A stretch of DNA of 64,000 bases. Source: an uncultured Candidatus Bathyarchaeia archaeon (GTDB lineage: Archaea; Thermoproteota; Bathyarchaeia; Bathyarchaeales; Bathyarchaeaceae). Of this stretch, positions 16,979-26,252 are shown piece by piece. Both the position numbers and the translations under genes were made by a program. Below the pieces are notes generated by a model, which did no database searches, was not told the DNA's origin, and saw nothing but the letters and a program-made list of their open reading frames with translations. Every line of letters starts with the position of its first letter. Position 1 is the stretch's first letter. The stretch spans positions 2,244 through 66,243 of the forward strand of contig CAYGBA010000001.1 in assembly GCA_964347995.1 (NCBI GenBank), written 5' to 3'.

Positions 16979-17773
16979 ATGAGACAGTCCATTCGAGCGT
17001 TGGGCTGGGCGAGCAAGATACTCTGGATTGCAACTACAGTTTTCATGGTCACCTCTTTATATTCCCCTTTGAAACTGATCTTGGAAAGGCAGATAGACAT
17101 CGGATCGCCCCAACCTTCCTTTTCAAATGGAACAATGACAGTATCCATACCCTTCGTTGTAAATAACACAGGTTTTTACGACATATCTGACTTGAACGTG
17201 ACAACATCGGCTACAGATTGCAACAGCACGTTAATCTCAACATCAACAACTTCTTTGGAGAACATACCGAGAGGTGGAAGCGTCGACGAAACTCACGCGA
17301 TCTCCGTGAGCATAGATGACATCATATCAAAGAATCTGACTTACCTATTACTTAACGACGCGACGATTATCTTGGATGTATGTGTAGGACTGAAAATCGC
17401 ACATGTCATCCCTCTCAAAGTGTCAACAAGTGTAAACATGTCTTGGGGAGCGCCTTTCTACAATGCTTCCGTAAGGATAGCGGATTTCCCAGAGCCATAC
17501 AACTCCAGTCATTATGTTATAGACGCATGGTCAAGCTTTGAAAATCATTCGCCCTTCGACGTGAACGGAACGCTAAGACTTGAAATCTTTGACGAGAGCG
17601 AGGAATTTATAGGTGTCTGGATCGGTCAGGTAAGTGCTCCCTCAGAAGGGGAATACAGTGAGAAGGTGACCATGTACGTTAAGCCTTCCCAGTTCTCTGG
17701 GACTGGAGAAGTACATGTCTATTTTGAAGGTCCACTGGGCAGTGTAGAGTGGTGGTTTACATATGGCGGATGA
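16979..17773 (+). CDS. Membrane-anchored extracellular protein with about 10 N-glycosylation sequons (beta-sandwich/LEA_2-like guess)
   Basis: It has an N-terminal TM (ILWIATTVFMVTSLY) followed by a soluble domain. By my count there are 10 N-x-S/T sites. It overlaps the next gene by 11 nt. Confidence 0.55.
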   Translation: MRQSIRALGWASKILWIATTVFMVTSLYSPLKLILERQIDIGSPQPSFSNGTMTVSIPFVVNNTGFYDISDLNVTTSATDCNSTLISTSTTSLENIPRGGSVDETHAISVSIDDIISKNLTYLLLNDATIILDVCVGLKIAHVIPLKVSTSVNMSWGAPFYNASVRIADFPEPYNSSHYVIDAWSSFENHSPFDVNGTLRLEIFDESEEFIGVWIGQVSAPSEGEYSEKVTMYVKPSQFSGTGEVHVYFEGPLGSVEWWFTYGG

Positions 17774-18242
17774 AGGAAACTTGAAATCAGTTTTGAAGAA
17801 GATAATGTCGAACGTGACAAAGGCGGTCTTGAAAGGGTTTATTATGTTTCTTCTAACTTATCTCTTGCCAACGCTGGTGGTAGAGGCTATGGTGCCTTCT
17901 AGCTCACCTTTTGGGATGCCTTCAGAGTATACGACTCTCTTGTACGTGTTCTCGGCAATAGTCGTCTTCTTCACCGTTGTCACCGAACTCTTCTCTGGAA
18001 CCATTCTTCAGCACGCCTTCTGCGTCGGTAGAGCAATAGTCCTGATAGTTTACTTTGTCTACGCCCTGAATGGCGGCATCTTTGTGTCGACTTTTCAAAT
18101 TCCCGGGCAACAGCAAGTTATACGTATTTTTGCCAATCTGAGAGCTTTCCTTGCCGTGCTAATCTTTATTAATCTTTTAGGATTTGCAAAGGGTATGCTT
18201 CAGGTCATAAACTTCCTGTCTGGAAAAGCTGACCTGAAATAG
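17763..18242 (+). CDS. Integral membrane protein (about 4 TM), unknown function
   Basis: Four hydrophobic stretches. Translationally coupled to the upstream gene by overlap at 17763-17773. Confidence 0.55.
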   Translation: MADEGNLKSVLKKIMSNVTKAVLKGFIMFLLTYLLPTLVVEAMVPSSSPFGMPSEYTTLLYVFSAIVVFFTVVTELFSGTILQHAFCVGRAIVLIVYFVYALNGGIFVSTFQIPGQQQVIRIFANLRAFLAVLIFINLLGFAKGMLQVINFLSGKADLK

Positions 18243-18316
18243 CTCCAATGAGGAATGGAGTTCCACACCTGGGAAAATTCTTGAGTCGCGGTTGGGATGT
18301 AAGTAGCTCGTTTTCA

Positions 18317-19564
18317 CTAGGATTTATTGACTTCGAGAACGATTCCAGCAGCTGCGGCTCCTTTCTTGCCTTCGACTACGAATCTTCCAAGCTGAGGGAT
18401 TTCAGAATATTTTTCTAAGCATGTTGGGTCGAGGGTGGAGAATTTCACCCTGGCGATGTCTCCATCTTTTAGGCCACCATGAAGCTTCTGTTGTATTGCC
18501 AGATTGATGGGGTCCATTTTTTCTAAGATTTTGTGGACTTTGCATTTTCTTTCTGTGGTTCCGTAGCGGATTTTTAGTACATCGTTGTTTTCTATCTGGA
18601 TATCTGTCAGCACTATTATCTGTGCTGGGAAGCTTTGAATGGTTTCTGCGTTGTTTTGGGGGTAGCTGATCACTTCGCCTCTTTTAATTTGGTCTACTCC
18701 GTCTACAGAAAGCTCCACGGAGTCGCCCGGTTCAGCTCTGTCTACTTCTTTTCCGAAAAGCTCTATCTTCCTTATCAGCCCTTTCTGTGTGGATGGACTG
18801 AAGAAGAGGTCTTTTCCTGTTTCTATGCTTCCCGTTTCGATCTTGCAGATGATGATCTTTCCTTTCTCTGTATCATACACGTCTTGGACGAAGCCTCTCA
18901 GCGGCTTGTCTGTTGGTAGAGCCGGGGGAGTGATGTTCTGATCTAGAGCGTCGATGAATGTTGTACCATCATACCATGCCATTTTTCGGGACTTCTTGAA
19001 AACGTTGTCTCCTCTCAAGGCGGATAATGGAATGGTTGGAACGTTCTTGTAGTCCAGAGAATCTAGGAATATGTTTAGCCTTTCCAAGATTTCTTTGAAT
19101 ATTGACTGATCATAGTTTATTTCGTCCATCTTGTTTACTGCAACGACTAGTTGCTTGATCCCAAGGGTCTTCACGAGATATGCGTGTTGTTTAGTTTGGT
19201 CTTTTATTCCCTCTTTTGCGGAGATTACTAGGACGGCTGCGTCGGCTTGCGATGCCCCTGTTATCATGTTTTTGATGAATTCCTTGTGGCCTGGGCAATC
19301 GATGATTGTGTAGAGATGCTTTTTGGTTTTGAATGGCGTATGCATGATGTCTACGGTTAGTCCGCCTTTTCTTTCCTCTTCTAGGCTGTCTAATAGGTAT
19401 GAGAATTTGAATCGTCCTCTGCCGGCTCTTTGGGTTTCTTCTTTGATTTCCTGGATTTTTTGTTGTAGGATGGCTTTGGAGTCGTAGAGGAGTCTCCCTA
19501 TGAGGGTGGATTTCCCATGGTCTTTGTGGCCTATGATTACGAGGTTTATGCTGGATTTGGTCAT
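18317..19564 (-). CDS. cysN: CysN-like translational-type GTPase (EF-1alpha/EF-Tu superfamily; sulfate adenylyltransferase subunit 1-like)
   Basis: G motifs are GHKDHGKST, DCPGH, NKMD and SAL. The segments STLIGRLLYDSKAI, VVAVNKMDEINYDQSIF and PLSALRGDNV resemble CysN more than canonical aEF1A. It lies in an operon with a CysD-like gene. Confidence 0.6.
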   Translation of the reverse strand: MTKSSINLVIIGHKDHGKSTLIGRLLYDSKAILQQKIQEIKEETQRAGRGRFKFSYLLDSLEEERKGGLTVDIMHTPFKTKKHLYTIIDCPGHKEFIKNMITGASQADAAVLVISAKEGIKDQTKQHAYLVKTLGIKQLVVAVNKMDEINYDQSIFKEILERLNIFLDSLDYKNVPTIPLSALRGDNVFKKSRKMAWYDGTTFIDALDQNITPPALPTDKPLRGFVQDVYDTEKGKIIICKIETGSIETGKDLFFSPSTQKGLIRKIELFGKEVDRAEPGDSVELSVDGVDQIKRGEVISYPQNNAETIQSFPAQIIVLTDIQIENNDVLKIRYGTTERKCKVHKILEKMDPINLAIQQKLHGGLKDGDIARVKFSTLDPTCLEKYSEIPQLGRFVVEGKKGAAAAGIVLEVNKS

Positions 19565-20253
19565 CTTTTGGCACTTTTTATTGTTTTATGGAAGTCTGTT
19601 ATTTTTGGCAGGTGGAGATTTAGCTTTCTGTTTGTTGAGTAGTAGCCCTTTTGGGTGTGGTCGCCATATCTTCCGATGGCTTTCATGCCGTGGTCGGAGA
19701 TGATGAGCGTGAGGTCATTTGTATTTCTGATTCTTGCGGCTAGGTTTTCTAGTTCTGTGTAGACTCTTTTCATTTTTGTGTAGACGCCGAAGCTTAGGTG
19801 TCCTATGGCATCTGCTAGGTTGAAGTAGGCCATTAGTAGATCGTATTGTTCTAGGCTGTTGAGGAATTCTGTTTTGTTTTCTTGGTGGTTTTTCCAGATG
19901 AGTTTGTCGTATTCTTGGATTGTAGCGTTTTCGTTGAAGTAGGCTTTTAGGAGTTGTCTTTCTTTTTTGTGGTTTTCTTGTTTGTAGGCGTATGCTGGGA
20001 CGTCTATGGCTTTTGGGGAGTCAAAATAACAGAGGAAGGTTTCTTCTCTCTTCAGTTGGAATTCCCACTGGCCTTCTATAGGGATTTTTGCTTCCATGTT
20101 TTTGCCTGTGAGGAAGGAGGCCCAGAGAACTATGGTCCTTGGTTCCTTGAAGTTTGTGATGTCGGTTTGACCGTGCTCTTCTTGCATTAGGTTTTTGCAG
20201 TTGAATGTTTTGACTAGGTTTTGGTCTAGCGCGTCGAGGGCTAGGATTATCAA
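19561..20253 (-). CDS. Small alkaline-phosphatase-superfamily protein (nucleotide pyrophosphatase/phosphodiesterase-like core)
   Basis: ILALDALD (N-terminal metal Asp), EPRTIVLWASFLTGK (nucleophile Thr context, compare PT.T.P.H..L.TG), and IISDHGM...GDH. Its stop overlaps the cysN-like start by 4 nt. Confidence 0.6.
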   Translation of the reverse strand: MIILALDALDQNLVKTFNCKNLMQEEHGQTDITNFKEPRTIVLWASFLTGKNMEAKIPIEGQWEFQLKREETFLCYFDSPKAIDVPAYAYKQENHKKERQLLKAYFNENATIQEYDKLIWKNHQENKTEFLNSLEQYDLLMAYFNLADAIGHLSFGVYTKMKRVYTELENLAARIRNTNDLTLIISDHGMKAIGRYGDHTQKGYYSTNRKLNLHLPKITDFHKTIKSAKR

Positions 20254-20266
20254 TGTGGGTCCTGTC

Positions 20267-20764
20267 CTACATGTATCCTAGACCGCGTAGTTTCTGCATC
20301 ATGTAAGCCTTCTCTTTGTCCTGGGCTCTGCCTGCGCGTTCCGAGATTTTTGTGATTTTTAGCTCTTGGATGATCTGGTCTATGGTTCGCGCGTCTGATG
20401 AGATGGGTACGGTACAGGGTTGGCATCCTAGGCTTCTGTAGCGTTTCCCGTTTTTTGCGAAGTAGAGGGGGTTTATGGGGAGGTTTTCTTCTTTGACGTA
20501 TTGCCAGGCTTCGAGTTCTGTCCAGTGGAGGATGGGGTGGACTCTCATGTGTGAGTAGTCTTCTGCGGGTTTTACGTATATGTCCCACATTTCTGCGGGT
20601 TGGTTTTTGTAGTCCCATCTGAAGTCTTCGTCTCTGGGGGAGAAGATTCTTTCTTTGACTCTTATGCCGTGTTCGTCTCTTCTTATGGAGACGAGGAGCG
20701 CGTCGAACTGTTCTTTTTCTATTGGTTCTTTAATGAGTTGCCCTGCGTGTTTAATCCCGCCCAT
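20267..20764 (-). CDS. cysD: CysD-like protein lacking the N-terminal PP-loop half (truncated sulfate adenylyltransferase subunit 2; possibly a pseudogene)
   Basis: The 165 aa align with roughly the last 190 residues of E. coli CysD as I recall it (ARRDEE..R.KERI.S.RD...RWD.KNQ.PE.W..Y; W.ELD.WQYI; R.LGC.P.T; TSERQGR..D...MELKKRQGYF). No SGGKDS-type PP-loop is present, and all three upstream frames carry stops. Confidence 0.65.
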   Translation of the reverse strand: MGGIKHAGQLIKEPIEKEQFDALLVSIRRDEHGIRVKERIFSPRDEDFRWDYKNQPAEMWDIYVKPAEDYSHMRVHPILHWTELEAWQYVKEENLPINPLYFAKNGKRYRSLGCQPCTVPISSDARTIDQIIQELKITKISERAGRAQDKEKAYMMQKLRGLGYM

Positions 20765-21224
20765 AGGCTTGTCAGAATGGAAATTGATTTTGGTTTCTCA
20801 AATGTATGGTTGGCGGGGTTGCACAAAATGGATAATTCGCCGATTTCTGACGTTGAGTGTTTTGACAGCTTTGTTGAGCTCTTTTGGATGAACAGTTCCG
20901 AATTCGTCCGATCAGCCGAAGTCCGACACATCGGCAATTTTTCTAAAATATTCGCGTGCATTGTAACTCAGAGCTTGGATAAATCTAATTGCCAAACTAT
21001 TGATCCTAGGGATGACAAAAATCCATGTTAAATCATACCAATCTGGTAATACCTTTGAAAGCCATTCAACGGTCGCCGGAAGCGGAGCTTATTACTCCTT
21101 CTAATTTTCAATCTAGATGTTTTCCGTATTGCCGTTCAAAATAGTCGTAACGGCAAGAGTCCAATACAATTAAGGCATCCCAGTCCCATTCTTTTATCTT
21201 AGTTATTTGAAATTTTTCGGGTTA
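20765..21224 (-). pseudogene. Decayed gene remnant; contains an AP-superfamily N-terminal-like fragment
   Basis: My minus-strand translation of 21221-21111 gives PEKFQITKIKEWDWDALIVLDSCRYDYFERQYGKHLD*. The LDS.RYDY motif is the N-terminal metal-binding motif of the NPP/AP family. Downstream frames give short protein-like stretches (FIQALSYNAREYFRKIADVSDFG*, SDEFGTVHPKELNKAVKTLNVRNRRIIHF) broken by stops. The 560-bp gap has no intact ORF. Confidence 0.35.
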
Positions 21225-21327
21225 CAAGTATCTTCTGAAAGGGAAAATAGCGTTTCTGATTCTAGACTCAACAGAAGTCCTCAAATCAAGCATTCTACTA
21301 ACCCCTCGTCAGCTGTCACATAATATC

Positions 21328-22083
21328 CTAAATGGTTTTTGTTGTTATCCCTCGTTCTTTCTGATTAAACAAGGGTAGTCTAGATAAGGCTAGAAGCGTT
21401 CCGAGAAAGGCGAGGATAGAGCCGAAATTGCGGGATAATCCCACATATTTTGTCATGTGGACAAGTCTTTGTAAACAATACTTCACATAGCTTTGTTTCT
21501 CTTCTGATGCAATTCTGTCTTTGATTGCGAGTGCATGAAACTTCTTAACGATTTCCATGACACGGTATAACCTGATATCTACTCCACATACATCATCGCA
21601 ATAGTATATGCGCCATCCCTCGCCTTCCATGCGCCTAACCCAGTTTCGGTCACAGCCCGGCTCATTTAAATACTCACCCACTTCTCTCCAAGCCTTCATA
21701 TTGAAAAGCATTACAAACCCAGCGTGTCCTTTAAGAAAAGAATTCTCGTCATATACAACTCTTCCAGCTACTGCACCGACTTTTCCACTCATCAGCTTAA
21801 GCATTTTAGTCAATGCATCTTTCTTGAGAATAATATCCGCGTCGGATTTCAAAACATAATCATATTCTTTCAAAGCTTTCATTCCAACGTTCACTGCTCT
21901 ATAGCCAGGTCTTACGCCAGACACTAGGACACATGGAATGTCTAAGTCACATATCGATTGGTAAGCAAGCTTCGTTGTCGCTTCTCCAAGGGTCGCGATG
22001 AATCCCGCAATCCTTTCTTTCACACGGTTTTGGTCTGTTCGACGTTCAAAATTGCCTACTCGACGATGATTATGATTCAACAT
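21328..22083 (-). CDS. GT2-like glycosyltransferase with an atypical or short N-terminus
   Basis: RAVNVGMKALKEYDYVLKSDADIIL (DxD-type motif) and a C-terminal TM segment. Confidence 0.5.
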   Translation of the reverse strand: MLNHNHRRVGNFERRTDQNRVKERIAGFIATLGEATTKLAYQSICDLDIPCVLVSGVRPGYRAVNVGMKALKEYDYVLKSDADIILKKDALTKMLKLMSGKVGAVAGRVVYDENSFLKGHAGFVMLFNMKAWREVGEYLNEPGCDRNWVRRMEGEGWRIYYCDDVCGVDIRLYRVMEIVKKFHALAIKDRIASEEKQSYVKYCLQRLVHMTKYVGLSRNFGSILAFLGTLLALSRLPLFNQKERGITTKTI

Positions 22084-22242
22084 GAAAATCGACCCAGTCT
22101 TAAATCAACATAATTGCCGCTACCTCGATAATATTGAGATTAAGGGCATTGAAATTCCTTTCGAAAAAATGTGAAATTTCCGGGGCATTCACGTAGCATT
22201 TAAGTTTCCAAAAGTTCAATAATCTTTCTTAGGCGACTCAAC

Positions 22243-23319
22243 GTGCGAGTTCTAATGCCCCTATGGTCTGTAAATCTCTTAGACCAAGGTTTTGTCGCCC
22301 CACTGACTAGAAGCATATCAAAACAATTAGGATCACAACCAGAGCTCCTAAACATAGCTCATCTCAGAGGAGTACCAAAAAAAGAATGGAAGCAGCACTT
22401 CACCTTTCACAAACTCAACTTGCCCTACAAGTTCATCAAAAGCAAGATGGCACGGCTCTATCTCTCAAGACGAGAAATCTACAACCAAATAGGAAACGTC
22501 GATGTAGAAGTCATCTTCACCCTCAGCGACCCATGGGCACAGGAATTCTCCAGATACTGCTCCAGAAAAATGGGCATCCCCTACGTGGTAAGGTTAAGAG
22601 GAAATGCAAAAGAAGTCAGAAAGGTCACCCATGTCAGTTGGATAAAACAAAAAATAATGGACTACCTAGATGCAAGAAGCCTGAAGGAAGCAAACTTGGT
22701 CGTACCAAACTCAAACGACCTGGCCAAAAAAGCCGAGGAATGGGGGGTAGAAGAAGATAAGATCACAAGCCCTGTCTACAACGGCGTTGACGCCCACGTG
22801 TTCAAACCAATGAACATTGAAAGGTCAAGCAAATTCACCGTCGCCTACGCCGGCAGGATAAGCCCAGAAAAAAGGGTCACTCATCTACTTAAGATTGCAG
22901 AGTCTCTCCAAAACGTATATTTCCTGATAGCTGGAAAGAAACAGATGTCCATGTCCTTCCCAAGCACCATAAACTATCTGGGAGGGCTACCATTCTCTGA
23001 GATGCCAAAATTCTACAACAAAGCAGACCTCATAATCCTCCTCAGCGCCACCGAAGGCTTCCCAAACATCGTCCTAGAGGCATACGCATGCGGAAAACCA
23101 GTCCTAGTAACAAAAGAAGCCTTTCCTAAAGAGTTGAAGCTCTTTGGCTCTATAGCAGAACTAAACGAATTCGAGTCAGAAATAAAAGCCCTGATGAAAT
23201 CCGACCTTGACAATCTGGGTCGCCAAGCAAGGGCTTATGTCAAGAAGCATTATACATGGGAAGAGTTCGGCAAATCTATAGTCAAACACTTTGAGAGGTT
23301 GACAACGCAACGTACCTAA
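22243..23319 (+). CDS. GT4 (GT-B, group 1) glycosyltransferase
   Basis: SATEGFPNIVLEAYACGKPVLVT is the characteristic EX7E-region motif. Size is 358 aa. Confidence 0.8.
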   Translation: MRVLMPLWSVNLLDQGFVAPLTRSISKQLGSQPELLNIAHLRGVPKKEWKQHFTFHKLNLPYKFIKSKMARLYLSRREIYNQIGNVDVEVIFTLSDPWAQEFSRYCSRKMGIPYVVRLRGNAKEVRKVTHVSWIKQKIMDYLDARSLKEANLVVPNSNDLAKKAEEWGVEEDKITSPVYNGVDAHVFKPMNIERSSKFTVAYAGRISPEKRVTHLLKIAESLQNVYFLIAGKKQMSMSFPSTINYLGGLPFSEMPKFYNKADLIILLSATEGFPNIVLEAYACGKPVLVTKEAFPKELKLFGSIAELNEFESEIKALMKSDLDNLGRQARAYVKKHYTWEEFGKSIVKHFERLTTQRT

Positions 23320-23332
23320 ACTTAACGCAAAA

Positions 23333-24244
23333 CTAGCTTCTTTTCAGAACACCCCTCATCCAGTCGTAAGTCATCTCTAAGCCTTCTTCAATCGATGTCT
23401 TGGGACTCCAATTCAAGATCCTCTTCGCCTTCGTTATATCTATGTGTTCTTTTTTCACATTCCCCGGCCTGTCAGGAATAAACTCCAAGGCAACCTTCTC
23501 ATTCGGATTCGCCATCCGCCAACACAGCTCGGCCAACTCCAATGTAGATACCGACTCTTCTCCAGCTATGTTAACAACCTCATCTTTCACTTCCATCGCC
23601 TTAACGGTCGCATCCACCAGATCCTCAACAAATATGTAAGACCGCGTATGAGCCCCATCACCATGAGCCTGCAGAGTCTCATTTCTTATCGCTCTCGAAA
23701 GAAAGATGAAAGGCGCCAACGCCTCACGCATCCTAGGTCCATAAACAGTGGAGTACCGCAAAATGTTACAATCTAAACCATAAAGTTGGCGATAGCCCTT
23801 AACCACGTACTCACCCGCAAGCTTCGTCGACCCATAAATCTCAGTAGGTCTCAAAAGAGCATCCTCGTGAGTCGGAAAAACATCAGTATCACCATACACG
23901 CAACAAGTCGAAACATACGTCAAAAAGCAATCAAACCGCCTGCACATCTCAGCAACTACTCCAGTTCCAAAAACATTCGCTTTAACCGTTTCGATGCTGT
24001 GTTGCCTTGCATAATTCACATCTGCAACAGCCCCAACGTGAAAGCAATAACCAGGCTCACGCTTCGAGAAAAGCGCCCCCAGTTCTTGCTGGCTTGTGAA
24101 ATCAGTTTCGTGCGAATGATAGTTTCTATTCGCGAAATCGCTAGATTTCAGGTCACATCCAACAACTGTATGCCCCAATTCCAATAGTTTTTCAACAAGA
24201 TACCGACCAATAAAACCACTGCTTCCAGTAACTAAGACCTTCAT
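23333..24244 (-). CDS. NAD-dependent sugar-nucleotide epimerase/dehydratase (extended SDR)
   Basis: MKVLVTGSSGFIGRYL (GxxGxxG) and YGSTKLAGE (YxxxK). Confidence 0.8.
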   Translation of the reverse strand: MKVLVTGSSGFIGRYLVEKLLELGHTVVGCDLKSSDFANRNYHSHETDFTSQQELGALFSKREPGYCFHVGAVADVNYARQHSIETVKANVFGTGVVAEMCRRFDCFLTYVSTCCVYGDTDVFPTHEDALLRPTEIYGSTKLAGEYVVKGYRQLYGLDCNILRYSTVYGPRMREALAPFIFLSRAIRNETLQAHGDGAHTRSYIFVEDLVDATVKAMEVKDEVVNIAGEESVSTLELAELCWRMANPNEKVALEFIPDRPGNVKKEHIDITKAKRILNWSPKTSIEEGLEMTYDWMRGVLKRS

Positions 24245-24424
24245 CGCTTATTCACCTAAACCTTGAAATTTATCCTATTCGCCCAAAACATTTCAGTCAA
24301 GACTAAAAAAGCTTGCCTAATGATAACTCGCAAGCCCGTGCAGTTAGAAGACTGTTTATTAGCATCCCTAGCCTAGAGAATCGAACAGGTGACAAATCTG
24401 CTTGATGTCTAGGGCGAGATCAAA

Positions 24425-25249
24425 GTGAACACTGCCGAAAAGGAGCAGAAGATTTCTGTGGTTATCCCAGTTCACAACGAAGAAGAAACACTGAATCAAT
24501 GTCTAAACGCTGTCAGGAAACAAAAAGTCGACGAGATAATCCTCACCCTAGACAGGTGCACGGACAATTCCGAAAAAATAGCAGAAAAACAGGCAAAAAA
24601 GGACCCAAGAATCAAAATCTTCCATCTAACCAGACACAAGTTCAAAACAAACTACCTAGCAGAAACAGTGAACATTGGAATCTCTAACGCTCAAAATGAG
24701 ACAATATTAATCGCCGAAGCCGACACCGTCCTCAGCTCCAACTACGTCTCCACACTACTACCCCATCTGAAAAGACCTGTAGTCTCAGTAGCCGGAAGAT
24801 ACGTTCCCCTTCACAAAAGACCACTGCATTTTCTTGAAACCATCACAGGGACAGGCAGACTCCTCTTCCATGAAATATGGCGGGAACTAGACGGGTTCCA
24901 AGACATCCTAGCATGCGACACCCGCTTCGACCTAGAACTAATGAAAAGAAACTTCAAAACCAAGATCGTAGGCAAAGCCCTTGTGTATGACCTAAGAGAT
25001 TATTCAATGAGACAGCTAGCCATCCGCACAATTCGAAGAGGAAAGGGTCGCAGACAGAACGCCCAATCATTCATCTTCATGCTCGGCCACGGCCTATACT
25101 GTCTCACCAAGACCCCGTTTGGCCTTGTGGAGTTGCTAGGTAACATCGCAGGATACGTCACAGCCAACGAAAGAACATCAAGGGATGGTATGAGGCGATA
25201 TGAAAGAGAGAGAATCCGCGAGATACTCCGAAAACTAACACACCATTGA
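24425..25249 (+). CDS. GT2 glycosyltransferase
   Basis: ISVVIPVHNEEETLNQCLNAVRKQ and IAEADTVL (DxD-like). Confidence 0.75.
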   Translation: MNTAEKEQKISVVIPVHNEEETLNQCLNAVRKQKVDEIILTLDRCTDNSEKIAEKQAKKDPRIKIFHLTRHKFKTNYLAETVNIGISNAQNETILIAEADTVLSSNYVSTLLPHLKRPVVSVAGRYVPLHKRPLHFLETITGTGRLLFHEIWRELDGFQDILACDTRFDLELMKRNFKTKIVGKALVYDLRDYSMRQLAIRTIRRGKGRRQNAQSFIFMLGHGLYCLTKTPFGLVELLGNIAGYVTANERTSRDGMRRYERERIREILRKLTHH

Positions 25250-25297
25250 TACTACGACCGCAACATATAAGATAAGCATTGTGAAAAGACAATTCCC

Positions 25298-26248
25298 TTG
25301 CCTCAAAAGGTGATTAAGACGAATATATTAATAACTGGAGGCGCAGGCTACATTGGATCAGCACTAACCAGAGAACTACTAAAAACCGAGGACACAGTAA
25401 ACACAATCGACGTGAAATCTCCGCCGAGAGAAATTGCTGCAAAAATCCATCACATAACGCAGGATCTAACGAACTTTGAAAACCTTAAAAATGATCTGCA
25501 ACCGCTCGAAACCGATGTGGTTGTGCATCTAGCGGCGTTAGTCAGCGGAGACCCCTCTCAGGTATTAAGAGTAAACGTAGGCGGAACCGCAAACCTTCTA
25601 GAGACCCTGCGACCTCACCGACCCAAACTGATCATAGTAGCGTCAACGGCGGCTCAGCTTTACAGGAACGCTCAATACATGCCCATCGACGAAAAACACC
25701 CAATAACACCAGTAACGACTTACGGGCTCTCAAAACACCTAACCGAAGAGATCGCCAGATTCTACTCCAGAGTCCACTCAATGCCAATAACTATATTCCG
25801 TCAGACAAACGTTTATGGTTCTGCTCCAGTCCAGAAGTATACCGTGATAAACAGATTCGTAGACGATGCTCTAAGAAACGGCCAAATAACAATCTTCGGA
25901 GACGGAAGACAGGTAAGAAACTTCATACATATAGATGATCTCATCCAGTACTACATGGAGGTAATACATTATCCCTCACCCGAAAGACTAGCGGGCCAAG
26001 TCTTCAACATAGCGGGACCCGAAGAATGCCAAATAAAACCCCTAGCAGAAAAAATAGCATCGCACATAACTTCAGAAACAAACAAAGAAGTAAAAATAGT
26101 CCACGGACCGCCCTCAATCCCACCAGAACAAGACATACACATCTTCAACATATCATCCCGAAAAGCCCAGCTATTCTTCAACTATAAACCAAAGATAACA
26201 CTAGCCGAGGGGATACACAAAACGATAGCTGAAATGCACACACTGTAG
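25298..26248 (+). CDS. NAD-dependent sugar-nucleotide epimerase/dehydratase (extended SDR)
   Basis: ILITGGAGYIGSAL and YGLSKHLTE (YxxxK). Confidence 0.8.
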   Translation: MPQKVIKTNILITGGAGYIGSALTRELLKTEDTVNTIDVKSPPREIAAKIHHITQDLTNFENLKNDLQPLETDVVVHLAALVSGDPSQVLRVNVGGTANLLETLRPHRPKLIIVASTAAQLYRNAQYMPIDEKHPITPVTTYGLSKHLTEEIARFYSRVHSMPITIFRQTNVYGSAPVQKYTVINRFVDDALRNGQITIFGDGRQVRNFIHIDDLIQYYMEVIHYPSPERLAGQVFNIAGPEECQIKPLAEKIASHITSETNKEVKIVHGPPSIPPEQDIHIFNISSRKAQLFFNYKPKITLAEGIHKTIAEMHTL

Positions 26249-26252
26249 AAAG

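Noticed and set aside
20719-20961. 80-aa minus-strand ORF upstream of the truncated cysD, considered as the missing CysD N-terminus (split gene)
   Set aside because: I translated all three minus frames of 20765-21060 and found no PP-loop (SGGKDS-like) or other CysD N-terminal similarity.
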